Made by a program: the position numbers and the translations under genes
Notes under the pieces: model-generated
The model's input: the letters and a program-made list of their open reading frames with translations, nothing else
Told to the model about the DNA's origin: nothing
The model's database searches: none
NCBI GenBank assembly: GCA_963666205.1
Contig: OY762654.1
Coordinates: forward strand, 1,632,001-1,696,000
Length of the DNA: 64,000 bases
From: Synergistales bacterium
Lineage (GTDB): Bacteria > Synergistota > Synergistia > Synergistales > JAFGMB01
Direction: 5' to 3'
In this document: one piece after another, positions 1 to 10,327 of the stretch
Layout: each line of letters begins with the position of its first letter
How positions within the stretch are numbered: the stretch's first letter is position 1

Positions 1-286
1 CTGAAGGATAATAAGGAATCCTTCTTTCAAGGCAATTTCCCGAAGAATATAGAACGCCCGAAAGGGGTTCATTATAGTCAAATTTATTCTGGGCACCAGA
101 AGTACATAAGCCTGCTTTGAAACCGCATATCTCGTCTGAAGCAAGTCTTGAATGAAGATATGCCTTCTGAACCAAATAGGCTTCTGAGGGAGTTATTCCA
201 GGCTTCAGCATGGAAGCAAGGGGAATTTTTTCTCCATCTCTATACGCTTTGAATATCTGATCGGCAATTCTCTTTATTTCTCTCAT
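1..286 (-). CDS. 2-keto-4-pentenoate hydratase / fumarylacetoacetate-hydrolase family protein (runs off window edge)
   Basis: Manual translation MREIKRIADQIFKAYRDGEKIP...EAYLVQKAY...GFKAGLCTSGAQNKFDYNEPLSGVLY matches the MhpD-type N-terminus (AY.iQ, GxKxGLTS, EP..G.L). Not in the ORF track. Confidence 0.7.
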   Translation of the reverse strand, partial: MREIKRIADQIFKAYRDGEKIPLASMLKPGITPSEAYLVQKAYLHSRLASDEICGFKAGLCTSGAQNKFDYNEPLSGVLYSSGNCLERRIPYYPS

Positions 287-306
287 GGAAATGCTTTTGC
301 TCAATT

Positions 307-1392
307 TCATATTCTCCTTCCAGGATGAGGTATTGAGTTCTTTTCTATCCTGCCATTCTTTACTTCCCACACTGCTCCGGGCCAATTCTTTATGTTGTTC
401 TCTGCTGTGGCTGCAAATACCTGCCATGAACACTCAGCAAGAGATTTTACCATTACTTCCCTTCCCCGTTCATCGAGTTCTGCCGCTATTTCATCAAGAA
501 TGAGGATGGGTTTCCGTCTTAAACGCCTTTCAACAGCCCAGGCAGCAGCCAGCATCAAAGCCACAGACGCCCTTCTTCGATGGCCCCTGCTGAATTTTTC
601 AGAAGCATTCTGATCTCCGCAGGTCATTATAATATCGTCCCTCTGTGGACCAACCAGGGGTATCCTGTATTTCTGTTCTTCTTTCCGTCTCAGTTCAATG
701 GATTCCCAGAAATCCTGCAAAGGGTCTTCCACACCAATTGAACCTCCCCTTATATGTTTCAGATCCAGATTTCCGGGAAGAAGATCAGGAAAGGAAGAAA
801 GACCAGCACATACAAGATCCATGGCAGTTATCCTGGATGACCATATCCAGGATACAAGGGGAGCCAGAACCTTTGAAGTAATACCCGTATCCCTACCCTG
901 CTTAAGAAGTACAGTACGATGCCTTAATGCCCTTTTGCAGTCATTTAATCTGCTGGCATAAAGGGGAAAAATAAGGGCACATATCCTGTCCATATATCTT
1001 CTTCTTCCTGAAGGAGAACCATCTATCAGGGAAAGGTCTCCCGGGAGAAAGGCAAGGGCAGGGATTCTGGACCTGACCGATGAAAAATTGGATTTTTTCC
1101 CATCACAGCTGATAATATTACTGGAACCCATCGCAGTATATATCTCAATATGTTCTTCTCCAGCAAAAAATCCCTTCATAAGAGTCTGTTCAGAAGGCTG
1201 GTTCCAGTTAACAAGAGATGATTTTCGAAGTGACCTGAATGGCCCCCACCCAGTAAGAAGATGCAGAGTTTCAAGGGTATTTGTCTTCCCTGAACCGTTC
1301 TCACCAATAAGAAGATTAAGCCCCATGGACCATTCAAGTCTCTGGGGCTTAAGATTTCTGAAATTACGGTTTGCAGAAGATATGCAGTACAT
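307..1392 (-). CDS. recF: DNA replication/repair protein RecF
   Basis: NFRN, Walker A GENGSGKTN, GPQRDD, ILILDEIAAELD; lies downstream of dnaN. Confidence 0.95.
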   Translation of the reverse strand: MYCISSANRNFRNLKPQRLEWSMGLNLLIGENGSGKTNTLETLHLLTGWGPFRSLRKSSLVNWNQPSEQTLMKGFFAGEEHIEIYTAMGSSNIISCDGKKSNFSSVRSRIPALAFLPGDLSLIDGSPSGRRRYMDRICALIFPLYASRLNDCKRALRHRTVLLKQGRDTGITSKVLAPLVSWIWSSRITAMDLVCAGLSSFPDLLPGNLDLKHIRGGSIGVEDPLQDFWESIELRRKEEQKYRIPLVGPQRDDIIMTCGDQNASEKFSRGHRRRASVALMLAAAWAVERRLRRKPILILDEIAAELDERGREVMVKSLAECSWQVFAATAENNIKNWPGAVWEVKNGRIEKNSIPHPGRRI

Positions 1393-1396
1393 CTTC

Positions 1397-2575
1397 CTAT
1401 TCTGAAGCTTCTCCTTCTTCAGTGTCTTCTTCTATGGAGGAAATATCGCTATCAGTAAGTTTGATCGGCATAAGCATGTAAAGGAAATCATCCCGATTGG
1501 GTCTCAGCATTGTCATCTGACCTTCAGGTCCGTTAAATGTAAGATATACCCTTTCACCCTGTACAGCCTTCAGACCATCGACAAGGTAACCGACGTTGAA
1601 GGCTATAACAAGGGGTTCACCATCTATGGCTGCATCGAGTACTTCCCTTGCTTCTCCTATTTCGGGAGCCCTTCCGCTCAGAGTAAGGTCTCCTTCGGGA
1701 GACATTTTCATAAGTACCATCCTACTGAAATCCCTTACCACAATATCAACTCTCTCGAGTGCTGATATGAATTCAGATCTCCTGATTTCCATGCTGGAAG
1801 TGGTAAGAGGATTAAGTATCTTCTCATAATTGGGGAAAGAAGATTCTATCCGTCGAATGGAGAACTCTATTCCATCAAGCTGAAAATAAGCAAGAGAATT
1901 ATCGATAAGTATCCTTACTGGAGCGTTTTCATCTATACTTCCAGCTATTCTGAGAAGCTCCTTTAAACCTGTAAGGGGAAGGAGCATTTCACTATTATCG
2001 CCACATTCTTCCACCATACACTTCGATAAAGATAATCTTCTTCCATCCGTGGAGACCACCCTGACTTCTTTTTCTTTCAGCTGGATAAGGGCAGAACCAA
2101 GGTACTTTGGAAATTCTTCTCCTACTGAACCTGCAACAGTACCCTCGGTGAATATTCTGATAAGCTCTGAAACTTTAATATCACAAAAAAGATCTGCACT
2201 TTCGGAAGAAGGAAGATTAGGAAATTCTTCAGGGGAATATGTGGTAAAACGGTATCTGTTCCTCCCGGCAATAAGAGTTCCTCTCCCATCCTTGTTTATA
2301 TCGACTGAAAATGTCTGGGTAGGAGCTTTCTTGAAAAGCTCACCAACTACTTTTATTGGAAAAACTATATCTCCCGCTTCTTCCACAACCACACCGGAGG
2401 CCCTGCATTTTACAGATGTTTTAAGGTCTGTAGCTTCAAGGGTCACTTCAGAAGAGTTTTTGTTGGCCCGGCAAAATATTCCGGCCAGACTGTTTATGGT
2501 ACTTTTTGAACTTGTTGCCCTTTCTGCGATCTGCCAGCTTTTCATGAACGATGATCTTTCAACCTGGAGTTTCAT
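1397..2575 (-). CDS. dnaN: DNA polymerase III beta clamp
   Basis: ATDL, VSTDGRRLS, FPNYEKI, IAFNVGYL, LMPI motifs; follows dnaA. Confidence 0.97.
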   Translation of the reverse strand: MKLQVERSSFMKSWQIAERATSSKSTINSLAGIFCRANKNSSEVTLEATDLKTSVKCRASGVVVEEAGDIVFPIKVVGELFKKAPTQTFSVDINKDGRGTLIAGRNRYRFTTYSPEEFPNLPSSESADLFCDIKVSELIRIFTEGTVAGSVGEEFPKYLGSALIQLKEKEVRVVSTDGRRLSLSKCMVEECGDNSEMLLPLTGLKELLRIAGSIDENAPVRILIDNSLAYFQLDGIEFSIRRIESSFPNYEKILNPLTTSSMEIRRSEFISALERVDIVVRDFSRMVLMKMSPEGDLTLSGRAPEIGEAREVLDAAIDGEPLVIAFNVGYLVDGLKAVQGERVYLTFNGPEGQMTMLRPNRDDFLYMLMPIKLTDSDISSIEEDTEEGEASE

Positions 2576-2604
2576 GTTATCCCCTCCCTTATTGCTTCTT
2601 TATC

Positions 2605-2840
2605 TTTTAAATATAAGTAATATAGTAGTTCTAGTAGTAAGGTATGTGTATTTGTGGAAAACTATTATTTAATACTGGCGTTACACGCTTTTTACTGTGA
2701 ATAAATTTGTGCTGAACCCTGTCGGGTTATACACACTATCCACATAGCAATTGTGAAAAAGTAAGTATTTCTTTAGTGTCCACAATCTATTTTCAGCAGA
2801 ATCACCCTTAAATCACAGTTTTTCCTCTATGTTATCCACA
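2605..2840. other. oriC: oriC unwinding region (DnaA boxes, DnaA-trios, AT-rich tract) between dnaA and dnaN
   Basis: DnaA-box-like 9-mers at 2653, 2696, 2727, 2736, 2752, 2776 and 2832 (perfect TTATCCACA); TAG repeats tagtagttctagtagtaa at 2623-2640 next to the box at 2653. Confidence 0.85.
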
Positions 2841-4147
2841 ATTTTTTTAACCCTGGGCTGTTCTACAAGGAGTTTGTCCACTTTTCTCTGGGCATGGAGA
2901 ACCGTGGTATGGTCTTTTTTGTTAAAGGCAAATCCTATCTGCTGAAGACTTGATTCAGTATGTTTTCTCGAAAGGTACATGGCTATCTGTCTTGCAAAAG
3001 CTATCTGGGATGTTCTTTTACTGCTTTTAAGGTCTTCTACAGTAAAACTGAAATTTTCTGCCACTATCTGTTGAATTGTTTCTACACTCACAGGACCATG
3101 TGAAACATGCCGGATAACATCTTTAAGCCATATGGCGGCATTCTCCACTGTCATGGGTTCACTGTTGAGGGCAGAACAGGCTATTATCCTGTTCAGGGCC
3201 CCCTCAAGTTCTCTTATATTGCTTGGAACATTATTTGCAAGGAAATCTATTATCTCAGCAGGAATTGAGGCATTACGGCTCTGAGCCTTGGTTTCCAGAA
3301 TGGCCATCCTGGTCTCGAAATCGGGTAATTGAATATCTGTAACAAGTCCCCATTCGAAACGGCTTACCAGCCTGTCCTCTATGCTCTGGATATCTTTGGG
3401 AGGCCGGTCAGAACTTATGACGATCTGTTTTTTTGAGTTATGGAGACTGTTAAAAGTATGGAAAAATTCTTCCTGGGTGCTTTCCTTGTTAGCAAGAAAC
3501 TGGATATCGTCTATAAGCAGAATATCTACATTGCGGTATTTTGATTTGAATTCCTGTGTACGGTTGTTCTTGATCGAAGTTATGAGCTCATTGGTGAACT
3601 TTTCAGAGCTTACATATGTAACCTTGAGATTACTTCCCTTATTGCTGTCCAGATAATAGTGTCCTATGGCATGCATAAGATGTGTCTTTCCAAGACCTAC
3701 ACCTCCCCATATGAAAAGGGGATTATATGCTTCACCCGGAGTTTCGGCTACGGCAAGACTTGCAGCATGGGCAAGACGATTGGATTTTCCAACGACGAAA
3801 TTTCCGAAGACATAACTGGGATTAAGACCGGATCGTGGATTTAAAACCGGAGAGGCCTGTGCAGCCTTTTCCGCTCTTTTCTGTTCGTCCTTCTTGGCTT
3901 CTGCGGCGACCTTCATCTCGATCCTTTCCGCAAAACCCTTTTCTATGACGAGCTCGGTAAGATCTTCCAGAAATCTGGATGAGATCTGTTCTTTTACGAA
4001 TACATTAGGTACATCAAGTAGAAGGATATTATCCTCAATGGAAAGGGGAACACATGTTTTAAGCCATATATCCGAAGCCCCTTTATCAAGTTTTTCTTCT
4101 GCAGTTTCGAGAATATCCTGCCATATTTCCTTTACGTTTTGCTCCAA
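2813..4147 (-). CDS. dnaA: Chromosomal replication initiator DnaA (TTG start at 4147 preferred)
   Basis: YNPLFIWGGVGLGKTHL, LLIDDIQF, RELEGAL, KDHTTVLHA. The 4198 start of the ORF track lies among DnaA boxes. Confidence 0.98.
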   Translation of the reverse strand: MEQNVKEIWQDILETAEEKLDKGASDIWLKTCVPLSIEDNILLLDVPNVFVKEQISSRFLEDLTELVIEKGFAERIEMKVAAEAKKDEQKRAEKAAQASPVLNPRSGLNPSYVFGNFVVGKSNRLAHAASLAVAETPGEAYNPLFIWGGVGLGKTHLMHAIGHYYLDSNKGSNLKVTYVSSEKFTNELITSIKNNRTQEFKSKYRNVDILLIDDIQFLANKESTQEEFFHTFNSLHNSKKQIVISSDRPPKDIQSIEDRLVSRFEWGLVTDIQLPDFETRMAILETKAQSRNASIPAEIIDFLANNVPSNIRELEGALNRIIACSALNSEPMTVENAAIWLKDVIRHVSHGPVSVETIQQIVAENFSFTVEDLKSSKRTSQIAFARQIAMYLSRKHTESSLQQIGFAFNKKDHTTVLHAQRKVDKLLVEQPRVKKIVDNIEEKL

Positions 4148-4188
4148 GACCTTCACCCCTGATAACACAATCTTGACCACAAGCCAAC

Positions 4189-4522
4189 TAATCCACAAAA
4201 GTTATCCACATATCCACAGTTATGCACTCGCTCTGTGTATAAATCTGACCAGCGAAGTTGCTGATTATAACAGCTTTTTTATAAAAAAAATTCCTGTCAA
4301 GGAAGACTGATCAAGTTTCACCAAATGGGAATAGCGGTATTTCCACATATTTATCCACACGATATTCACGGGAGTGGATAAATAGATAGCCTCCGGGAGT
4401 ATTTCAAGAATACAACAACAATCGGGACTCCAGAGGAGTTTAGACAGTCCAGACTGAATAATAACATAGGATAGAGCTCTTTTGTGTATAACATGTCAGG
4501 ATTTTCCCATTATGGTGGATAA
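4189..4522. promoter_or_regulatory. DnaA-box cluster upstream of dnaA (second half of bipartite oriC / autoregulation)
   Basis: Perfect TTATCCACA at 4202 and 4351; near-matches at 4189, 4210, 4234, 4339, 4373, 4483, 4514. Confidence 0.85.
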
Positions 4523-4609
4523 CTTACTACTTAAGGCCCATTTTTTCATATACAATAGCTTTACAAAATGAACAGAAATAGAAGAGAAAAACACCGAGGA
4601 GGTATTTTC

Positions 4610-5623
4610 TTGAATTTTCCACAGAACCTGCTTCACATAATCAGCCACACCGACCTGGATGGAATAGTATCTGCGGCCCTGGCCTGGCATTTAAACTATG
4701 GGAGATATCCTCTGAAAGTAACCCTTGCGGGTTACGGTACGGTGGATAACCTCATACAGGAAAGCCTTCAGAAGGAAGAATCCTTTATGGTTCTCGACCT
4801 GTTCTGCCAGTATGACCGTACTGTAGACGAGATTGATAAACGTTTCCTGGAAGGAAGCCAGCCACTGGTCTTCGATCATCATGAAAGTAATTTTTCAAAA
4901 TATTCCAACAGACCATGGCTTGAGCTTGATATAAACTACTGTGCAGCCAGAGTGTACTTTAACTGGGTAAAGTCTACTTCTTCTGACACCGGAACCCTTT
5001 CAATGCTTAAAGATCTTGAAACCATAACAGGGATAGCTAACGACAGGGATCTCTGGATAAATGCCATACCTGAAAGCAGGTTATGGCATGCTCTTGTGAC
5101 CCTGTGCGGTCCCTGGAGCGTTTTTACAAGGCTTGTTGCAGATCCATCGGGAGATCTGAATTCCAATGAGAAGGCCATAGCCAGGGCTTTCGTGGAAGAT
5201 CAGGAGAAGAGGTTTATAAGGGCCGTCGAATCAATAAAGAGTAATGGCAGGGATCTTTCTTTTCTTGGAAACGGGATCCTGGAATTTGGTGATGTATCCG
5301 ATTTTGGAGGTCTTGTCCTTGACAGGATGGATTCTCCTCCCCTCCTTCTGGCCGTCGCGACGAGAAGGTTCAGGGGAGACTGGGCTGTTTCCCTTCGAAG
5401 CAGAGATGGTTTTGCCGGCAGAGTTTCGGGGATTCTTCAGGATGGGAAGAAAGTAAGAGGAGGAGGACATGAAAATGCCGCAGCACTGTATTTCCCGCCT
5501 TCCTATTCTGAAACAAGGATCCGTGAAAGCCTGGAAACGGCACTTCATACCTTGAAGGAACAGGAAAAACCCATGGGAGCCACGCTGGGAGACTTGTTCA
5601 GGGATTTATCAGATAATAAATAA
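4610..5623 (+). CDS. DHH/DHHA1 family phosphoesterase
   Basis: SHTDLDG, FDHH and GGGHENAA motifs; GGAGG RBS before TTG 4610. Confidence 0.85.
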   Translation: MNFPQNLLHIISHTDLDGIVSAALAWHLNYGRYPLKVTLAGYGTVDNLIQESLQKEESFMVLDLFCQYDRTVDEIDKRFLEGSQPLVFDHHESNFSKYSNRPWLELDINYCAARVYFNWVKSTSSDTGTLSMLKDLETITGIANDRDLWINAIPESRLWHALVTLCGPWSVFTRLVADPSGDLNSNEKAIARAFVEDQEKRFIRAVESIKSNGRDLSFLGNGILEFGDVSDFGGLVLDRMDSPPLLLAVATRRFRGDWAVSLRSRDGFAGRVSGILQDGKKVRGGGHENAAALYFPPSYSETRIRESLETALHTLKEQEKPMGATLGDLFRDLSDNK

Positions 5624-5694
5624 AAGAAGTATGTACTATGGGGAAAATATCCGTGAACAAGCAATTTATCTTGTTCTGGTGAAGGAAGAATACA

Positions 5695-6678
5695 ATGCAT
5701 AAAATACTTTTTTCTCTCTCTCTCATAATATCGGGAGTTTTTTCCGGCTATATTATCCAGTTGAAAGTTCAGAAGGGATCACTCAAGCTTCCCCTGGATC
5801 TTGCTTTTCTCAGACTGAATATCCAGAAGGCCGTAATTCTATTCATTGTTCCGGTAACGGTCATAGGAGCACTCTGGAAAATTGAGTTCGATGATATAAG
5901 ACTGGCGGCCTTTCCTATCCTGGGAGCATCTCATTATATTTTTGGCGGTATTTTTGCTCTTCTTGCTGCAAAATTGCTTAAACTTGACAGGAAAAAAACG
6001 GGTTCCCTTTTCTGCTGCGGTTTTTTCAGCAATATAGGATCCGTGGGAGGCCTCGTTGTTTATACTTTCCTTGGAGAGGAAGGCTTTGCCCTGGTTCCCG
6101 TATATCACCTTTTCGGTCAGCTTTTTTATTACACGGTAGGATTCCCCATAGCAAGGTTCTACAGCTCAAGCCATAAAGAGGGGGACCCTCTGCTGGTAGT
6201 TATCCGAAGAGTTTTTTCGGATAAATTTGTAAGGGCAACTGTAAGTGCCATAGTAATAGGGAGTTTACTTAATATATCCGGAATAGATAGACCGGCTTTT
6301 TACGGTGTTGTAAATTCTATTTTCATTCCTGTTGCTGCTTTCCTCATGCTTGTATCAATAGGGCTGGCAATGCGTTTCAGCAAGGTATGGTCATATCCGG
6401 GGGAATGTATGGCCATCGGGATCATTAGAATGATAATAATGCCCATGGTTCTTCCCCTGATAGCATTTTTTCTGGGTTACCATACCCTGATGGGAGGAAT
6501 TGCTTTCAGAGTGGTCATAATATTGTCTTTCATGCCCGTTGCTTTTATAGGGATGATCCCCCCTTCAATTTACGATCTCGATATTGACCTTTCAAATTCA
6601 TGCTGGCTTTTTTCCACAGCTAGCCTTATATTTATTATTCCTGTTTTGTACCTGATCCTTTCGGTTATCCCCTTCTGA
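5695..6678 (+). CDS. AEC-family (auxin efflux carrier-like) membrane transporter, paralog 1
   Basis: About 10 hydrophobic segments; CGFFSNIGSVG and MPVAF motifs. Confidence 0.7.
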   Translation: MHKILFSLSLIISGVFSGYIIQLKVQKGSLKLPLDLAFLRLNIQKAVILFIVPVTVIGALWKIEFDDIRLAAFPILGASHYIFGGIFALLAAKLLKLDRKKTGSLFCCGFFSNIGSVGGLVVYTFLGEEGFALVPVYHLFGQLFYYTVGFPIARFYSSSHKEGDPLLVVIRRVFSDKFVRATVSAIVIGSLLNISGIDRPAFYGVVNSIFIPVAAFLMLVSIGLAMRFSKVWSYPGECMAIGIIRMIIMPMVLPLIAFFLGYHTLMGGIAFRVVIILSFMPVAFIGMIPPSIYDLDIDLSNSCWLFSTASLIFIIPVLYLILSVIPF

Positions 6679-6730
6679 TACCGGGGCTATTCTTAAGGGT
6701 TTCAATTTCTGGTGATCGGGGAAAGATATT

Positions 6731-7711
6731 ATGGATAAAATTATTTTTTCACTGGGGCTTATATTTTTCGGACTTTCCTTCGGCTACACTATCCAGATAC
6801 TTGTTCGGACAGGCAAGTTGGCCCTTCCCCTTGATATTGACCTTCTCAGGAAGGGTATCCAGAAGGGAGTACTTCTTTTTGTCGTCCCTGTAACAGTTAT
6901 GGGTGCCATCTGGATAATGAATCTAGATGACATGAGGATCATTGCTCTGCCCTTTGTAGGAGCCCTTCACTTCCTCCTTGGAGGGTCCATCGCCATATTT
7001 GGTGCAAAGCTTTTCAGGCTTGACAGGAAAGAAACGGGTTCACTCTTCTGCTGCGGTTTCTTTACCAATATCGGTTCTGTTGGAGGGCTGGTGGCTTACA
7101 TACTGCTGGGTGAAAGCGGATTTGCCCTGGTTCCTGTCTACAAGGTGATAGGAGAGGTTATCTACTACGCCGTGGGTTTTCCTGTGGCCAAATTTTTCAG
7201 TTCCGCATCAATAAAGAAGGAAACCCCCATGGATGTGCTGAAAAGGATCAGCAGGGATATCTTCGTCCGCGTTTCCATGATAGCCATAACCGCGGGGGCC
7301 GTTCTGAATATTTCAGGTATTGAAAGGCCCTTTTTCTACACCAGGATCAACGCCCTCTTCATTCCTCTCAGTGCTTTTCTCATGCTTACCTCAATTGGCC
7401 TTGCCATGCGTTTCGGCAAGGTAAAGAACTATAAAAAAGAATGTATCCTTATTGCCTGCATAAAGTTTTTCATCATGCCTTTGGTTCTGGGTTCGCTGGC
7501 CCTTCTGCTTGGTTTTGATGAACTTATGGGGGGCCTGGTCTTTAAAGTGGTGGTGATACTGTCCTTTATGCCAGTGGCTTTTACAGCCCTTGTTCCTCCG
7601 TCCATCTACGACCTTGATCTTGACCTTGCCAATGCCTGCTGGTTTGTGACAACTTTGTGTCTGGCTTTTATTATCCCATTTCTTTCAGTGGTTATGAATT
7701 TTTTATCCTGA
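6731..7711 (+). CDS. AEC-family membrane transporter, paralog 2
   Basis: Tandem paralog sharing TGSLFCCGFF.NIGSVGGLV and PPSIYDLD.DL. Confidence 0.7.
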   Translation: MDKIIFSLGLIFFGLSFGYTIQILVRTGKLALPLDIDLLRKGIQKGVLLFVVPVTVMGAIWIMNLDDMRIIALPFVGALHFLLGGSIAIFGAKLFRLDRKETGSLFCCGFFTNIGSVGGLVAYILLGESGFALVPVYKVIGEVIYYAVGFPVAKFFSSASIKKETPMDVLKRISRDIFVRVSMIAITAGAVLNISGIERPFFYTRINALFIPLSAFLMLTSIGLAMRFGKVKNYKKECILIACIKFFIMPLVLGSLALLLGFDELMGGLVFKVVVILSFMPVAFTALVPPSIYDLDLDLANACWFVTTLCLAFIIPFLSVVMNFLS

Positions 7712-7855
7712 TTTTACAGTTCCATTGCAGAAACCGGATTATCTTCTGCTACGAAAAAAACAGGGTTTCTTTTTCAGGATCAGCTATTCCATTTTCCCCT
7801 TCGGGTAATGGTACAATAAGTAATAATCATTATCACGAAAGGTGATGGTTCTGTA

Positions 7856-9037
7856 ATGGCTATATATCTTAACAATGCTGCTACTTCATGGCCCAAACCC
7901 GAGGCTGTTCCCAGGGCTATGTTCGATTTCCTGACAAGCAAGGGCGCAAATCTTGCCAGGGGTGCCGCTGCAAAACGGGATCTCTGCACCATGGATATGG
8001 TCATGTGCTGCAGGGAGAACATTGCAAAGATCTTTGACGGATTCCAGGATGCAGATCCTAGATATGTGACCTTTACGTCAAACATCACTGAATCCCTTAA
8101 CTTAGTTCTTAAAGGCTATCTTAAACCTGGCATGAAGGTCGTCACATCGAGTATGGAGCACAATGCATCCATGAGACCCCTCAGAAGGCTTGAGCAAAAA
8201 GGGATCATCCAGATGACAGTAATAGAGTGCGACAGGGAAGGCGTCCTTCATCTGGGAGACCTCCGCACCGCCCTTGAAAAAGACTCCTTCGACCTCATGG
8301 TCTTCACCCATGCAAGCAACATCTGCGGTACCGTTCAGGACCTGTCGGGAATCTCTGCCATCTGCAACGAATATGGAGTACCCATTGTTCTGGACAGCGC
8401 CCAGACTGCAGGCGTAATTCCCATTTCAGTTTCGGAGCTTAATCTTGCAGCCCTTTGTTTTACAGGCCATAAGGGCCTTATGGGTCCCCAGGGTATGGGT
8501 GGAATTTTATGGAGGCCCGATTTTGCCGGGGAAGTTGATTGCTTCATTGAAGGAGGAACAGGAAGTTTTTCTCACCTGGAATTTCAGCCGGATATGATGC
8601 CGGACAAGTTTGAGGCCGGAACGCCAAATCTTCCGGGAATTGCCGGGCTCCTGGCTGCAACAGAATGGCTTCTTGAGGAAACCATCGAAAATATTCAATC
8701 CAGGGAACATGAACTTGGCAGCTTCCTTCTCCAGGGATTGAAGAAACTGCAGGGCCTTGAATTAGCTGGTAAAATGACCATGGAGGGGAGATTGCCGGTC
8801 TTCCCCATCAACTTCAAGGGTCGGGATCATGCCGAAGTGGCAGCCCAGCTTGCTGATGATCCGGGAATAGAGACAAGACCTGGTCTTCACTGTGCTCCAA
8901 CAGCCCATAAGACCATAGGTACCTGGGGAAACGGCGGAGCAATGAGAGTCAGCGTGGGGTATTTCAACACAGAGGAAGAGATAGAAATATTTCTAAAAGC
9001 TCTTGAGGGAATCCTTTCCATACCGGCAGAAGCATAA
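7856..9037 (+). CDS. Class V PLP aminotransferase, cysteine desulfurase family
   Basis: YLNNAATSWPKP, SMEHNA, FTGHKGL (PLP lysine), EAGTPN, RPGLHCAP (catalytic Cys). Confidence 0.9.
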   Translation: MAIYLNNAATSWPKPEAVPRAMFDFLTSKGANLARGAAAKRDLCTMDMVMCCRENIAKIFDGFQDADPRYVTFTSNITESLNLVLKGYLKPGMKVVTSSMEHNASMRPLRRLEQKGIIQMTVIECDREGVLHLGDLRTALEKDSFDLMVFTHASNICGTVQDLSGISAICNEYGVPIVLDSAQTAGVIPISVSELNLAALCFTGHKGLMGPQGMGGILWRPDFAGEVDCFIEGGTGSFSHLEFQPDMMPDKFEAGTPNLPGIAGLLAATEWLLEETIENIQSREHELGSFLLQGLKKLQGLELAGKMTMEGRLPVFPINFKGRDHAEVAAQLADDPGIETRPGLHCAPTAHKTIGTWGNGGAMRVSVGYFNTEEEIEIFLKALEGILSIPAEA

Positions 9038-9064
9038 ATCTTGATATCAGGAAGGTGATCTCTA

Positions 9065-10036
9065 TTGGTAATTGATCCGACCATTACCGATGTTCTTTTA
9101 GCTTATCGTTTTCTTAAAAACAGGGTAAGACATACCCCAACAGAAAGATCCGCCCCCTTGAGCGAAAAACTTGGCACCAATGTTTTCATTAAGTGGGAGA
9201 ATCAGCAGATAGCCGGATCATTCAAACTTCGGGGAGCTCTTAACAAAATGTTCAGCCTCTCCTGTGATGAAACAAAGCTTGGAGTAGTGACGCCATCAAG
9301 CGGAAACCATGCCCAGGGTGTCGCCATAGCCGCAAAGATGCTTGGAGTTCGGGCAGTTATCTGTGTTCCGGGTGTATGTCCCATGACCAAACAGAAAGCC
9401 ATAAAGATGCGGGGCGGCGAGTTTGTAGACCTGAGGGTCATAGGACATTTTTACGATGATGCAGAGGCAGAGGCAAAGAGACTTGCCCGTGAGGAAGGAT
9501 TGACCTTTGTTTCATCCTACGAAGACCATTTTGTGGTGAGCGGTGCTGGAACATTAGGGCTGGAACTCATGATGGATGAGCCCGAACTCGATGTTCTTGT
9601 GGTTCCTGCCGGAGGCGGAGGTCTGTTAAACGGTATTGCAATAGCGGCCAAGGCATTGAGACCTCACGTCGAGCTATACGGTATCCAGTCTGTTGCATCT
9701 CAGCCATGGATAAAGTCCTGGCCCCTTGGTAAGGTAGTGGAAGTTGAATACGAAGATTCCCTTGCTGATGGACTGATGGGATCCATACCCCAGAGCCTGC
9801 TGGATCTTTCAAAGAAAAGGATCAAGGATTTCCTGGCAGTTACCGAGGATGATATTGCCCGTGCCATAGCCTTTCTCCATAACGAACACCACCAGGTGGT
9901 GGAAGGATCAGGAGCCATAGGTGTGGCGGCTCTCCTTGCAGGTAAAATACCTGTAGAAGGTAAAAATGTAGGAGTTGTTATTTCCGGAGGCAATATAGAT
10001 AAAAAGAGGCTTATGGAAGTACTCAACCTATTTTAG
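9065..10036 (+). CDS. Threonine/serine dehydratase (PALP family, no regulatory domain)
   Basis: GSFKLRGA, SSGNHAQG, PAGGGGL, ISGGN. Confidence 0.9.
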   Translation: MVIDPTITDVLLAYRFLKNRVRHTPTERSAPLSEKLGTNVFIKWENQQIAGSFKLRGALNKMFSLSCDETKLGVVTPSSGNHAQGVAIAAKMLGVRAVICVPGVCPMTKQKAIKMRGGEFVDLRVIGHFYDDAEAEAKRLAREEGLTFVSSYEDHFVVSGAGTLGLELMMDEPELDVLVVPAGGGGLLNGIAIAAKALRPHVELYGIQSVASQPWIKSWPLGKVVEVEYEDSLADGLMGSIPQSLLDLSKKRIKDFLAVTEDDIARAIAFLHNEHHQVVEGSGAIGVAALLAGKIPVEGKNVGVVISGGNIDKKRLMEVLNLF

Positions 10037-10065
10037 ATTTGCGATTTCGGATTTTGGATTGAAAA
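10037..10065 (+). repeat. Degenerate 7-bp tandem repeat (ATTnnnG)x3 + ATTGAAAA, copy 1
   Basis: atttgcg atttcgg attttgg attgaaaa; a sister copy lies at 18001. Confidence 0.6.
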
Positions 10066-10095
10066 CAGGAACCGAAAAACATATGAGAGAGAAAT

Positions 10096-10131
10096 ACATA
10101 AAGCCGGGCAGGATCCTGCCCGGCTTTATGT
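10096..10131. terminator. Perfect 36-bp palindrome, probable bidirectional terminator or REP-like hairpin
   Basis: acataaagccgggcagga|tcctgcccggctttatgt between convergent genes. Confidence 0.75.
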
Positions 10132-10144
10132 CGTGGAATGTTTA

Positions 10145-10228
10145 TCAGGCTTCACCTTTTTCGGTGCGGTCTCTTCCTCTTTCTTTTGCATGATAGAGAG
10201 CCTGATCTGCCCGGGAAAACAGGCTGGG
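10145..10228 (-). pseudogene. C-terminal remnant of a GGDEF diguanylate cyclase
   Basis: Translates PSLFSRADQALYHAKERGRDRTEKGEA*, the canonical GGDEF C-terminal motif RAD.ALY.AK..GR.R; an in-frame stop lies about 9 codons upstream. Confidence 0.8.
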
Positions 10229-10327
10229 ATAAATTATACTAAGCACAAACTGTTTTTACTGAAAGTAAATTTACAGCATTTTTGAGATTTGACTGTACAG
10301 ATAAGAACAAGTCTTGACTGAAAAGTG

